Both the position numbers and the translations under genes were made by a program. From Octopus vulgaris (lineage: Eukaryota), in NCBI GenBank assembly GCA_951406725.2, contig OX597822.1:116870001-116934000 (forward strand): a stretch of DNA of 64,000 nt. Direction: 5' to 3'. How positions within the stretch are numbered: position 1 is the stretch's first letter; every line of letters begins with the position of its first letter. A model generated the notes under the pieces. That model did not search any database. It was not told the DNA's origin and saw only the letters and a program-made list of their open reading frames with translations. Positions 52,719 through 64,000 of this stretch are shown here, piece after piece.

Positions 52719-52886
52719 AGATAGATAGATAGATAGATAGATAGATGGATGGATGGATGGATGGATGGATGGATGGATGGATGGATGGATGGATGGATGG
52801 ATGGATGGATGGATGGATGGATGGATGGATGGACGGACGGACGGACGGACGGACGGACGGACGGACACACAGACAGACAGACAGAT
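52719..52886. repeat. Compound tetranucleotide array (ATAG)(ATGG)(ACGG)(ACAG)
   Basis: Read directly from the sequence. Confidence 0.95.
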
Positions 52887-53459
52887 GGGTGTATGATTAA
52901 GAATTTTGCTTCCCAACCATTTGGTTTCAGGTTCAGTCCCACTGCATGGCACCTCAGCTAAATGTTTTCTACTATGGTCTCAAACCAAGTAAAGACTTGT
53001 GAAAAAATTTGGTTGACAGAAAGTGTTAGAAGCCCATCACACACACACACACAGACAAATGTATGTGTGTATGTATGTATGTATGTATGCATGCATGTAT
53101 GAATGTATGTATGCATGCATGTATGAATGATCAGCATCATTGTGTTTTTATTATTTAACATCTATTTTCCATAATGGCACAGGTTGGATTCTTTGACTGG
53201 AGCTGACCTGGAGGATTGCGCCAAGTTCCAGTGTCGGTTTTCACATGGTTTCTACAGCTGGATGCTCTTCCTAGTGTCAACCACTCCACAGAGTGTTCTG
53301 GGTACATTTAACATTCCACTGGCACAAGTAAAGTCACCAAGTAACTCACAAGATAAGATCCTGCTCAATTGAGAGCTTGTAGTGTTGAAGGATATATATT
53401 TATAATTTTTGGATTTGGTTTGCAAGATTCTTTATGTGAGTTTGTGTGTTGAAGCATAT

Positions 53460-53694
53460 TCTGTTGTGTCTGGGGAGAGTCATTTTCTTTTTGTGCCTTA
53501 TAATGTAACACACTCATCGGTAAAATTTCCACTTATTTCATATTTTTATTTTCTTAAAATTTTCATTGCGTCTTGCAAACTTTTCAATAGTCTTGACTAT
53601 TGAAAAGGTTGCAAGATGCAGTGAAAATAAAAATAAGAAATAAGTGGAAATTTTACCGGAACAAAAAGAAAATGACTCTCCCCAGACACAACAG
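53460..53694. repeat. Fold-back palindrome in a (TA)n-flanked cassette
   Basis: Centre tcaatagtc-tt-gactattga; the right arm lacks two internal segments. Confidence 0.85.
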
Positions 53695-53711
53695 TATATA
53701 TATATATATAT

Positions 53712-56700
53712 ATCATCATCATCATCATCATCGTTTAACGTCCGTTCTCCATGCTAGCATGGGTTGGACGGTTCGACCGGGGATCTGGGAAGCCAGAAGG
53801 CTGCACCAGGCTCCGGTCTTATCTGGCAATGTTTCGACAGCTGGATGCCCTTCCTAACGCCAACCACTTCATGAGTGTAGTGGGTGCTTTTTACGTGCCA
53901 CCTGCACTGGTGCCAAGCGAGGCTGGCATCGGCCACGGTTGGATTGGTGCATTTTACGTGCCACCTGCACGGAAGCCAGTCGAGGCGGCACTGGCTTCGG
54001 CCACAATTCGGATGGTGCTTTTTCGTGCCACCGACAAGGAAGCCAGTCGAGGCAGCGCTGGTATCGGCCACGATTCGGATAGTGCTTTTTACGTATCTCC
54101 GGTCCAGGTGTCCTGGCATCTGCCGGGTGCCAGTCATAGGATTGGTTCAATTTCGATTCCGATTTCACTTGCCCCAACAGGTCTTCACAAGCAAAGGGGG
54201 GTAGGCATAGGTGCCTGTCGTCGGATGAGGTTCGATATCGACTTCGCTTGCCTCAACAGGTCTTTGTGTGTCCAAGGGAGAAAAGGCATGCATAAGTGGG
54301 CTGGACTCACTTGCCCTGCCTGGTCTTTTCACGCACAGCATATTTCCAAAGGTCTCGGTCGCTGGTCATTTCCTCAGTGAGACCTAAAGTTCGAAGGTCG
54401 TGCTTCACTACCTCATCCCAAGTTTTCCTGGGTCTACCTCTTCCACGGGTTCCCTCCATTGCTAGGGATTGGCACTTTTTCACACAACTATCTTCATCCA
54501 TTCTCGCCACATGACCATACCAGCGCAATCGTCTCTCTTGCACACCACAACTGATGCTCCTTAGGTCCAACATTTTTCTCAAGATACTAACGCTCTGTCA
54601 AGCATGCACACTGACATTATACATCCATCGGAGCATACTGGCTTCATTTCTCGCGAGCTTACGCATGTCCTCAGCAGTCACGGCCCATGTTTCACTGCCA
54701 TGTAGCATGGCTGTTCGTACACATGCATCATACAGTCTGCCTTTTACTCTGAGCAAGAGGCCTTTAGTCACCAGCAGAGGTAAGAGCTCCCTAAACTTTG
54801 CCCAGGCTATTCTTACTCTAGCCGTTACACTTTCAGCACACCCACCCCCACTACTGACTTGGTCACCAAGATAACGGAAGCTATCAACTACTTCTAGTTT
54901 TTCCCCCTGGAAAGTGACGGAAGTTGTTTTCTGCAGATTTTCAGAGGTTAATGCTCCCGAGCATCTGCCACATACAAAAACCATCTTCCTAGTTAGCCTT
55001 CCTATGACATTGCTGCACCTCTTATGTGTCCATAGCTTACACTTGGTGCATCTTATAGAGCTTCTACCTACACCTTTTCTACAGATCGAGCAGGGCCATC
55101 TACCTGAAGGCGTTTGTGATTTGTCTACCTTCCTACTTATTACGACTTTGGTTTTAGCTAGATTGACTCTAAGGCCCTTCGATTCTAAACCTTGCTTCCA
55201 CACCTGAAACTTCTCCTCCAGTTCAGATAGTGACTCAGCAATTAGAGCAAGGTCATCAGCATAGAGGAGCTCCCAGGGGCATCCTGTCTTGAATTCCTCT
55301 GTTATTGCCTGGAGGACTATGATAAATAGGAGGGGGCTGAGGACTGAGCCTTGGTGGACCCCTACCTCTACCCGGAATTCTTCACTGTACTCGTTGCCAA
55401 CCCTCACCTTACTAGCAGCATCCCTGTACATGGCTCGCACAGCTCTCACTAACCATTCATCTATTCCTAGTTTCCTCATTGACCACCAGATGAGGGATTG
55501 GGGGACCCTGTCGAAGGCTTTATCCATGTCAACAAAAGCCAGGTACAGGGGCTTATCTTTGGCTAGGTATTTCTCCTGCAGCTGCTTTACCAGGAATATA
55601 GCATCAGTGGTACTTTTCCCTGGCACGAACCCAAACTGCATCTCATCTAAACTAACTCTCTCTCTAATTAGTTGGCTTATGACCCTCTCTGTAACCTTCA
55701 TCACCTGATCCAACAGCTTGATACCTCTGTAATTATTTGTATCTAGGGCATCACCTTTACCTTTGTAGCAGTTGACTATTATGCTGCTACACCAGTCATT
55801 GGGTATGACTCCTTCATGTATCACCTGATTAACTATACGGGTGACTAGGCTATAGCCGACACTACCAGATATTTTGAGCATCTCTGCAGTGATACCTGAT
55901 GGGCCTGGGGCTTTCCCTGTCTTCATGCTTCTATTTGCCTTAACTACCAAGGAACTATCAACCCTGATAGCTGGTCCCTCTGTTGGGTCAACGTTCGGCA
56001 GACTCTCTTTCTCCCATTCATTTTCTTTATTCAGCAACCTTTCATAGTGGCGTCTCCAAGCCTCTCTCTTTGCATCCTCGTTTAGCGCAAGTGAACCATC
56101 TTCCATGCGAACACACTTCTCTCCTACCACATCACAATTCTCTCTCACACACTGTCTTGCAACATGAAACACCTCCAGTCTTTGGTCCTCACGGCGCAGA
56201 ACATTGGCAAATTTTTTCTTATCTGCTTCCCCTCTGGCTAGATAGACCTGTCTCCTAGCTTCCCTTTTAGCAGTCTGATACAATTCCCTGCTACCACCAT
56301 TCTTACAGTGTTTCCAAGTCTGTCTCTTTTCTCTAATAGCCCTGTCTACAACACTGTTCCACTACCACGTAACCTTGGGACGAGAGGGGACTTTGCACCA
56401 GCCACAGATCTGGTCTGTGGCTCTCAGCAGGTTGTCCCTTAGAAACGTCCAGTTGCCCTCTACCCCATGTGATACTCTATCCCCTTCTACTTCGTCAAAG
56501 GCTTCAAGTAACATGTCTCTAAATCTCTGTCCATTCACAGGATCCTTAAGCTTCCAGATCCTTCTTCTCCATGTTGGTCGTCTTCTGGTTGTCCTCCTAC
56601 TCCTGATCCTAAAGTCACTAACTACCAGTCTATGTTGTGGGGTGCATTCTTCGCCTGGGAAGGTTTTGGCATTTATAAGCAGCCATATCTCCCTTTGCCT

Positions 56701-57185
56701 TGCAAGGATGTAGTCAATTTGGCTGGTATGTTGGCCCGATTGGTAAGTGACTAGGTGGCTGGTAGGTTTCCTGAAGTTAGTGTTGCAAATCATAAGATTA
56801 TTTGCATCGCAGAACTCCAGCAGCCTGGTTCCCTCCTCGTTGCGGGAACCAAAGCCATAGCCTCCATGTATGCCATGGAAGCCCCCAGCATGTCGTCCAA
56901 CCTGGCCATTGAAGTCACCAGCCACAAAGAGAAGGTCTCTGTCGTTCGTCAACGAGGTAGTCTGCAGTAGAGTGTCATAGAATCGGTCTTTCTGTCCATC
57001 GGGTAGCCCTGACTGAGGAGCATAGGCTGATATAATGGTTGCTAAACTATGATGAAGCGCTAATCTAATCTTAAGTATTCTGTCGCATACTCTGATTACC
57101 TTAATTACTTTATCTACCCATTTCTCAGCGATAAGTATACCCACGCCACCAACCCCGTCAGTGTTCCCTGCCCAGAAAATCTTGT
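53712..57185 (-). mobile_element. RTE-clade non-LTR retrotransposon, 5'-truncated
   Basis: APE and RT domains, ~600 nt 3' UTR, (GAT)n tail, TA tracts on both sides. Confidence 0.95.
54307..57185 (-). pseudogene. RTE single ORF (AP endonuclease, reverse transcriptase, PHD-like finger) with two in-frame stops
   Basis: AYAP, GDFN and QIDY (APE); QGSVLSPLLF and LLYADD (RT). The three ORF pieces share one frame, with stops at 56362-56364 (TAG) and 54598-54600 (TGA). Confidence 0.95.
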
Positions 57186-57196
57186 ATATATATATA

Positions 57197-57499
57197 CTAG
57201 CTGACATACCCGGTAATTCCCAGGAAAGCGGGTCTTATCCCTTAGTTCCATTCTCATAACTGTTTCACTCACCCAATAACAACAATACAAAGTATGTAGC
57301 ACTTAAAACAGTTTTAATGTAATTATTGAGAATACTGAACTGTCTTACACAGGATCTTGTTTTTAGGAATTTCCAATAAGTTATGAATACCCAAATTGTG
57401 AAATCTGTTATGTAATAACATGAAATTAGTTACCCGATAGTAAGAATTCAAATAAAGTAGCCCCGAAAAGGGCTTTAATGTGTTCCCAGAGTATATAGA
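57197..57499 (-). mobile_element. Small non-autonomous Helitron
   Basis: Minus strand reads A|TCTATATAC...cctgggaattaccggg (hairpin)-tatgtcag-CTAG|T, with no TSD. Confidence 0.7.
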
Positions 57500-57514
57500 T
57501 CTTAGGAGGAAATA

Positions 57515-58031
57515 CTACCGACCAACCGTGGTCGAGACAATGGAATTTACTATGCTACGCCAGACTTCATGGTCCATCATGACATTACGGAGGTCCTGTT
57601 GCTGGATGCCTGTATCCCTGGAGATTACATCAGGGTAGGAGAGTGTGCACCCTCTGGTATTGCAAGTAGATGGCTTCCAGAGGAGAAGAGTAGAAATTAC
57701 CACTTTTTCAGCTCTACTGAAATACTAATAAGGTATATCAGCCGAGACAAATATCCGAATGTAAATAATGACTCCCAATTAATCTCCATTTCTACAATAT
57801 ATCTCCTGATTATGTAGCTTGTGGTCAACCAAAACAAGCTGTCATCCCAGCTGGATCGTCAGTGACCAATGATAACCTATAACCTATACCAGTACTAAAG
57901 GAGTTCAGGCAGTTCCCAAGGCTCTCACTCATTGTCCAAGTCTCAAAATAGGGAGGACCAGAGAGCAAAAGAACCTGAACCTCTGTCCACAGATATTGGC
58001 AGTGCCAAACACCCTTGTCGATTGAGTCCAC
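57515..58031 (-). pseudogene. Remnants of other RTE-like LINE C-termini
   Basis: LLLWKP...SYPDVISRDTG...WRSIV and ETWTM motifs. Confidence 0.5.
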
Positions 58032-58599
58032 GACTGCATCAGCTCATCCAAGTCTTTTCATGACTTCAGACTCACAGACAATGAATCTCACTGCTGGTTC
58101 AATCCCACTGCGTGGTACCTTGGGTAAGTGTCTTCCACTATAGCCTCAGCCCAACCAAAGCATTATGAGTTGAAACTGAAAGAAAGATGGTAACCGAAAG
58201 AAACCCTGTCTATCTATCTATCTATCTATCTATTAGTGATACAGCAAAAAAGACCAACAAAATAAGTATCAGGCTTAAAAAAAATAAAATAAGTATAGAG
58301 GCCGATTGATGTGAATAAGATTCCCCAGGGCAGTGCCCCAGCATGGTCACAGTCTAATAACTGAAACAAGTAAAAGAGAAAAGGCATGTATGTGTATTCA
58401 TTATTCTTAAACAAGAACATCATTGAGAGTAACTCTCAAGCTTCGCCCAGCAAAGCCATTATTCGACCTGCAATGTATTGAAGTTAATCTTGGCTTTATA
58501 TGGTCTCTGCTACGGCTCTTTGAAGATAACCTGTTCACTATGACCAACCGTGCAAATAAAATTTAACAAGCGAACCAGCAAACTGAAGCAGAAAATCAA

Positions 58600-59075
58600 C
58601 CTCATAAAAACAAACCCAAATATATTTGTAAAATCGGACAAGACAGACAACCTCTGCTTGATAAGTCAAACTACTTAGAACTACTTTCTCTCTAACACAA
58701 TTTGAAATGTTTTAGTAACTTATAAGAAACAACAACAACAAAATATGCAGCTTTAAATGATATTTCTTTGGCTGTGTACACCACAGCGAAAGAAGAAATA
58801 TCCACTAAACTTAAAGCAGATGATAGAGTAGACACACTAACACTTTCATGTCCATATATAACCATGAAGGAGCACAAGCCAAGCAGCAATGGCAACCCAT
58901 CCATCAGATTTGTAAATCCATTGAAACTGGATGCAGGCATCATTAGCCAAAAGAAATAAAAACAGAATCAACATTACCTCCCTGGAATAACACATATGAA
59001 GTAATAGGTTGGTTCGTCTGATCCCAAACAAAACTGAATGTCATTTCTTCCAGTTTGACATTGGAGATTATTATA
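58600..59075 (+). pseudogene. Penelope-like reverse transcriptase N-terminal remnant
   Basis: KLKADDRVD...YITMKEHKP...IRFVNPLKLDAGIIS and FFQFDIGDYY resemble the PLE ITLKDHK..RLINP..FDI motifs. Confidence 0.65.
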
Positions 59076-59440
59076 TCATCATCGTTTAGCATCCGCTTTC
59101 CATGCTAGCACGGGTTGGACGGTTCAACTGGGGTCTGGGAAGCCAGAAGGCTGCACCAGGCCCAGTTTGATCTGGCTGGATGCCCTTCCTAACGCCAACC
59201 ACTCCATGAGTGTAGTGGGTGCTTTTTACGTGCCACCGGCACAGGTACCAAACAAGTCTGGCAAATGGCCACGAACGGATGGTGCTTTTTATGTGCCACC
59301 GGCACGGGGGCCAGGCGAGGCTGGCAACGGCCACGAATGGATGGTGCTTTTTATGTGCCACCGGCACGGGGGCCAGGCGAGGCTGGCAATGGCCATGAAC
59401 GGATGGTGCTTTTTACGTGTCACTGGCACGGGGGGCACAG
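59075..59440 (-). mobile_element. RTE 3'-UTR fragment
   Basis: Tail plus four ~59 nt units. Confidence 0.85.
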
Positions 59441-60559
59441 GGCCAAGAGGGTAGGATCGGGGAGTGGGAGGTAAGCATAGTGCATAAAGTGGAAATGTGA
59501 GGAAGAGAAGAGGTGTAGAGATGTAGTTTGGTTGGTTGTGGTAGAGTGTTTGAGAAGTTTTCTTGTGTGGGTGGGACACAGTGCTTCCAGAATTCAGTTT
59601 TGCTGACATGGGCAGGTCTTCTCAAGAACTTCATATCGCCAGACATCTCAATCCATTGTCATTTTCTCTGTGAGGCCCAACACTGAGATCAGGCCTTACC
59701 ACTTCATCTCATATCTTCTTGGGTCTCCCTCCACCAAAGGTACCATCTGCTTTCAGTGGTTGGTACTTTTTTATGCAGCTTATGTGCTCACCAGATTAGG
59801 TGGCTGGTTGGTTTTTATGAAGTTAGTATTTACAGACCATGAGATCATTTGCAACACAGAACTCTAGCAGTCTTGTTCATTCCTCATTTCTAGGTCCAAG
59901 AAATATTGTATACAGCACAACAGTAACCACGAACATGATACCAACTACTATATCTACATATATAGAATCTATAGCAAACCAGTTCAAAATACAATATAAC
60001 CAACACATGTACACTTTTCGTAACAAAGTAACAACAAACCATGCCAACCTTGTACTAATGAATCCTACCACATTCTCAAATTCAAGAATCAAATTCTGAA
60101 CTAGTCTCATCATGCAACCATAAAATCTTATAAATTACTAAAACATTTCAAACCAATTATTTTTTCTAATTGCTAAACATGTAAATATCTCACCAACACC
60201 ATAAAGTATCCATTTAAAAAAAAAACATTTTAACAGTTTTACTCTAAACAGGTACTTATCTAAAAGTTTCCCTATCTCTGACCAAAATCCCAATAAAAAA
60301 TCTTTTAATATAAGTCCACAAACCTACACACACACACACACACACACACACATAAATATAAATTTGTATGCAACTAAGTTGGAAGACTCTTTTCTCTTTT
60401 AATTCTATTTTGTTTTTAATTTTTTTCAAGTTTAAAATTTTAAACAAATTTTTAAAATTAAATTTTATTCCCATTTTTATACATGAATATCTACACACTT
60501 TTTATAATGCCCCACATTCCCATATATCCATAGGCCTAAACTAATATGTTATAGAACAC

Positions 60560-61260
60560 CCACGTTTCAAACAATTGAAGAAATATTTATGAATACATAA
60601 TCTGCAAACCCTGCTTCCATAAACACAAAGGTTAACATTTTTACACGTCAATCAAATTCCTTATAAAGCAATGAACCCTTAGAGAGAAACATACAGACCA
60701 ACAACACCTTCTTGAAGCACAAGATAAACACATTTCTATACTAAGAACACCATGACATGTCAGACTAATACCCCTCACCTGCAAACAGGAAATCCCCTGA
60801 ATAACACAGCATCAAGTAAAGAAATTGACTTGCTAAAAAATACCACCGATCCATATTCTTTTGTGAACCCTTAAAAAATTTCATTACAAAACGTTTGATA
60901 CATCCAGTTACTAAGTTTTTAAATATTGGACTAAACTTTAAACCTTTGACCTTTACATCGTCAATGGAAAGAATTAAATCCAAAATAACTAAAACTATTG
61001 GTACATCCTGGACCTATCCGTAACCTTTTCGTGAACCACTAAAACATCAACCCCATGACCTGAAGGGAATACACCTAAATGTATACACCTGCTTACAATC
61101 CTAAACAATAACATAACCACGAATTTAATCAACAAAAGTTTCTCCAAAACACCTCTCGGCCATAACCCAACCAACAACCTAATTACAACTCTACTAAAAC
61201 CCAAATATCCAAGGAAGGTTTTTTTACTCAGCAGGGACTACATAAAACTACCTATGAACT
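60560..61260 (+). pseudogene. Possible PLE ORF N-terminal remnant
   Basis: A/C-rich strand with KFLNIGLNFKP (~60913-60945), like the LxxGLxFxP motif of PLEs. Confidence 0.35.
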
Positions 61261-61605
61261 AAGTTAAGGGTATATGTAAGGTGGCAAGCTGGCAGAATCG
61301 TTAGCACGCTGGACGAAATGCTTAGCGGTATTTCGCTCGTTGCTACGTTCTGAGTTCAAATTCCGCCGAGGTCGACTTTGCTTTTCATCCTTTCGGGGTC
61401 GATAAATTAAGTACCAGTTATGCACTGGGGTTGATGTAATCGACTTAATCGATGGCTGAAACTGCGAAGTCACTATCAATGATATTTTTCTCTAAGAATA
61501 ATATATTTGTACTCAACAAAAAGTACAGAGTAACCCTTCAGATTAATGTAAAATTGTTTTTATTATAACTGAACATAAAAGCAAACATTAATATACATAC
61601 ATGCA

Positions 61606-61657
<52 letters not shown>

Positions 61658-61998
61658 TGTGTATGCTAACCAAGCATAAAAACAAACGTTAATATATATA
61701 CACATATATATGCTAGACAAGAATAGAAGGGAGAATATTGATTCTCACATGCTTCCCTTTTTGTCCTTCCACCACCACCACCATCACCACCACCACTATT
61801 CATAATTATTAACTCCTTCTCACTTACTCTCTCTCTCTCTCTCTCTCTCCTTCCTCCCCACCATTTATTATATCTATTTCTGCCATCCGTTCCTCACCCA
61901 ACACTAATTTTATTCATATCATGTTCTCACTTTGTAACAATGATACTCTCTCTCTCTCTCTCTCTGTTTCTCTCTTTTTCTCTTTTACTCTCTGTTTT

Positions 61999-62059
<61 letters not shown>

Positions 62060-62204
62060 CTATCTTTCCCCTTTCTCTCTCTCTCCCTTTCATGACTCTT
62101 GAGTAGCCCATGTTTTTTTCGTACCACCCTTCATCCCTGCATTCCACCAACCCACTTTATTCTCTTTACCATATTTATCTACATCAACCATTCCAAACCA
62201 CAGC

Positions 62205-62208
62205 CACT

Positions 62209-62254
<46 letters not shown>

Positions 62255-62497
62255 CTGCCAAGACCAAGACCAAGGTTCCCACCACCACTACTGCCACTGT
62301 CACCACCAGCATCACCACCACCACCACCACCACCACCTCAGCCGGCACCAGCAGCACCACCTTCGTCAGTGTCAGTACCACCACCACCATCACCACCACC
62401 ACCACCACCACCACCACCACCACTACCACCACCACCATCACCACCACCACTATCATCACCATTGCCACCAAAGTCACCTCTGCTACCCCACCACCAC
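62205..62497. repeat. (CAT)n/(CAC)n trinucleotide repeat region
   Basis: Read directly from the sequence. Confidence 0.9.
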
Positions 62498-63161
62498 AGT
62501 TATGTGACAGCAGGAGCAAGTACCAAACAGATCAGCCTGCCAGCCACACCTACATTAATTCCCCTACACTCAATTATCCCCTCCCCTCCGCATCTCTCCC
62601 ACTGCCCTCACTCCACCACCTTCACAGGCTCCTCTTACTCTCTCTCTCTCTCTCTCTCAAGTCTCAACTTCACATGCCATTAGGGAGTTTCCTTATGACA
62701 CATCACCCCCAAGGAAAAGGTTTCTAGTAATTCCCCACCATCAAACCAAACCACTACACCAGTTACCCAGTCTCGGTTGAAACTTCCCACTAATTCCAGC
62801 ATTGACACCCATACTTCCCACCCTCACCCCCACCCCCACCGCCCTTACCATTCGATTCCCTTCCAAACAACGGCTGGGGTGACAGTAGAAGGCTGACCCC
62901 TGCTCCACTCTGACAAAACCAGTGTCTTTGAGCACCAATCCAGCTCCTATCACAGTCAGATGAAATGCCTTATGAGTATTTAGTTAAACCCACTTCACAT
63001 TCTGAGCTGAAAGCCATGCTGAGGTCAGCATTACCGTTAATCCTTTTTGCATTGATAAAATAAGTAACTAATAAAATACTGGGGTTCTGTTAATTGACCG
63101 TAACATGCTCCCACACCATGCCCAAATTTGTAGCGTTGTGTCTGTGTAAGAAAGTATTTAA

Positions 63162-63959
63162 CCATGTAGCATTCAGATTACTCTGTCAAATGTAATGCAT
63201 GTTCATTCACATTGGTTTGAATTAATCATGCATTAATCATGTAGCTTTGAGTTTTCAGTGATGCAATTGCTACTGTTTTGAACGGAAAAAAACTGGTACA
63301 CCATTGGTGATGAAGACAAGGCTTCCAGTTGATCCAATCAAAAGAACAGCCTGTTCGTAAAACCAATATGCAAGTGGCTGAGCATTCCACAGACACACGT
63401 ACCTATTTCTTTTCTACCCACAAGAGGCTAAACACAGAGGGGACAAACAAGGACAGACAAACGGATTAAGTTGATTACATCAACCCCAGTGCGTAACTGG
63501 TACTTAATTTATTGACCCCGAAAGGATGAAAAGCAAAGTCGACCTCGGCGGAATTTGAACTCAGAACGTAGCAACGAGCGAAATACCACTAAGCATTTCG
63601 TCCAGCGTGCTAATCACTCTGCCAGCTTGCTGCCTTATATGTACCCTTAACTTAGGGAAATTCAACGTGACCCAGAATGTGACAAGGCTGGCCCTTTGAA
63701 ATACAAGAACTACTCAGTTTTGCCAGCTGAATGAATTGGAGCAATGTGAAATAAAATGTCTTGCCCAAGGACACAACACGTAGCTGGGAATTGAACTCAC
63801 AGCCTTACAATTGTGAGTTGAATACCCTAACACTAAGCCAGCACCTTCACATTTTGAATGACATTGTTAGGTACAGGTGAGAGGCCAGATTTAGCCAATT
63901 TAAATATTAAACAGGTAGAAAATTTGGGGTTAAATATGACCTGTTCAAATGCTAAAGGA
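63162..63959. mobile_element. piggyBac-type MITE containing SINE-C, which contains SINE-B
   Basis: Outer parts match 47458-47677 inverted; inner SINE-B is flanked by gtacc. Confidence 0.65.
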
Positions 63960-64000
63960 ATCACAACAGCTTTGGATAAAAAGGTCATGCAGCATTTAGT

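Noticed and set aside
53880-54100. CRISPR-like conserved repeat with variable spacers
   Set aside because: The spacers are homologous to each other, the array is part of an RTE 3' UTR, the context is eukaryotic and there are no cas genes.
54554-56970. Plus-strand ORFs of 70-140 aa
   Set aside because: Antisense shadows of the RTE ORF.
62099-62727. Proline-rich or threonine-rich ~200 aa ORFs resembling formin or mucin
   Set aside because: Trinucleotide repeats are open in several frames on both strands, with no splice or domain support.

Overview
Repeat-saturated, AT-rich eukaryotic DNA. The SINE/RTE repertoire and microsatellite load resemble an Octopus-type cephalopod genome (inference). 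No host protein-coding gene can be called with confidence; most listed ORFs are microsatellite or repeat artefacts. Recognisable content: one near-intact 5'-truncated RTE LINE (APE + RT + PHD-like finger, two nonsense codons), many RTE 3'-end fragments, dozens of tRNA-derived SINEs, decayed MULE and DD37D-mariner transposases, MITEs of several superfamilies, a small Helitron and Penelope-like (PLE) ORF remnants. The strongest hidden signal is about nine hammerhead-ribozyme-like motifs from about seven unrelated sequence families. Most sit in short non-coding cassettes inserted in (TA)n tracts, and several are folded back into long palindromes. One has the type II strand order. Folds were read by eye, and many repeat boundaries are approximate.
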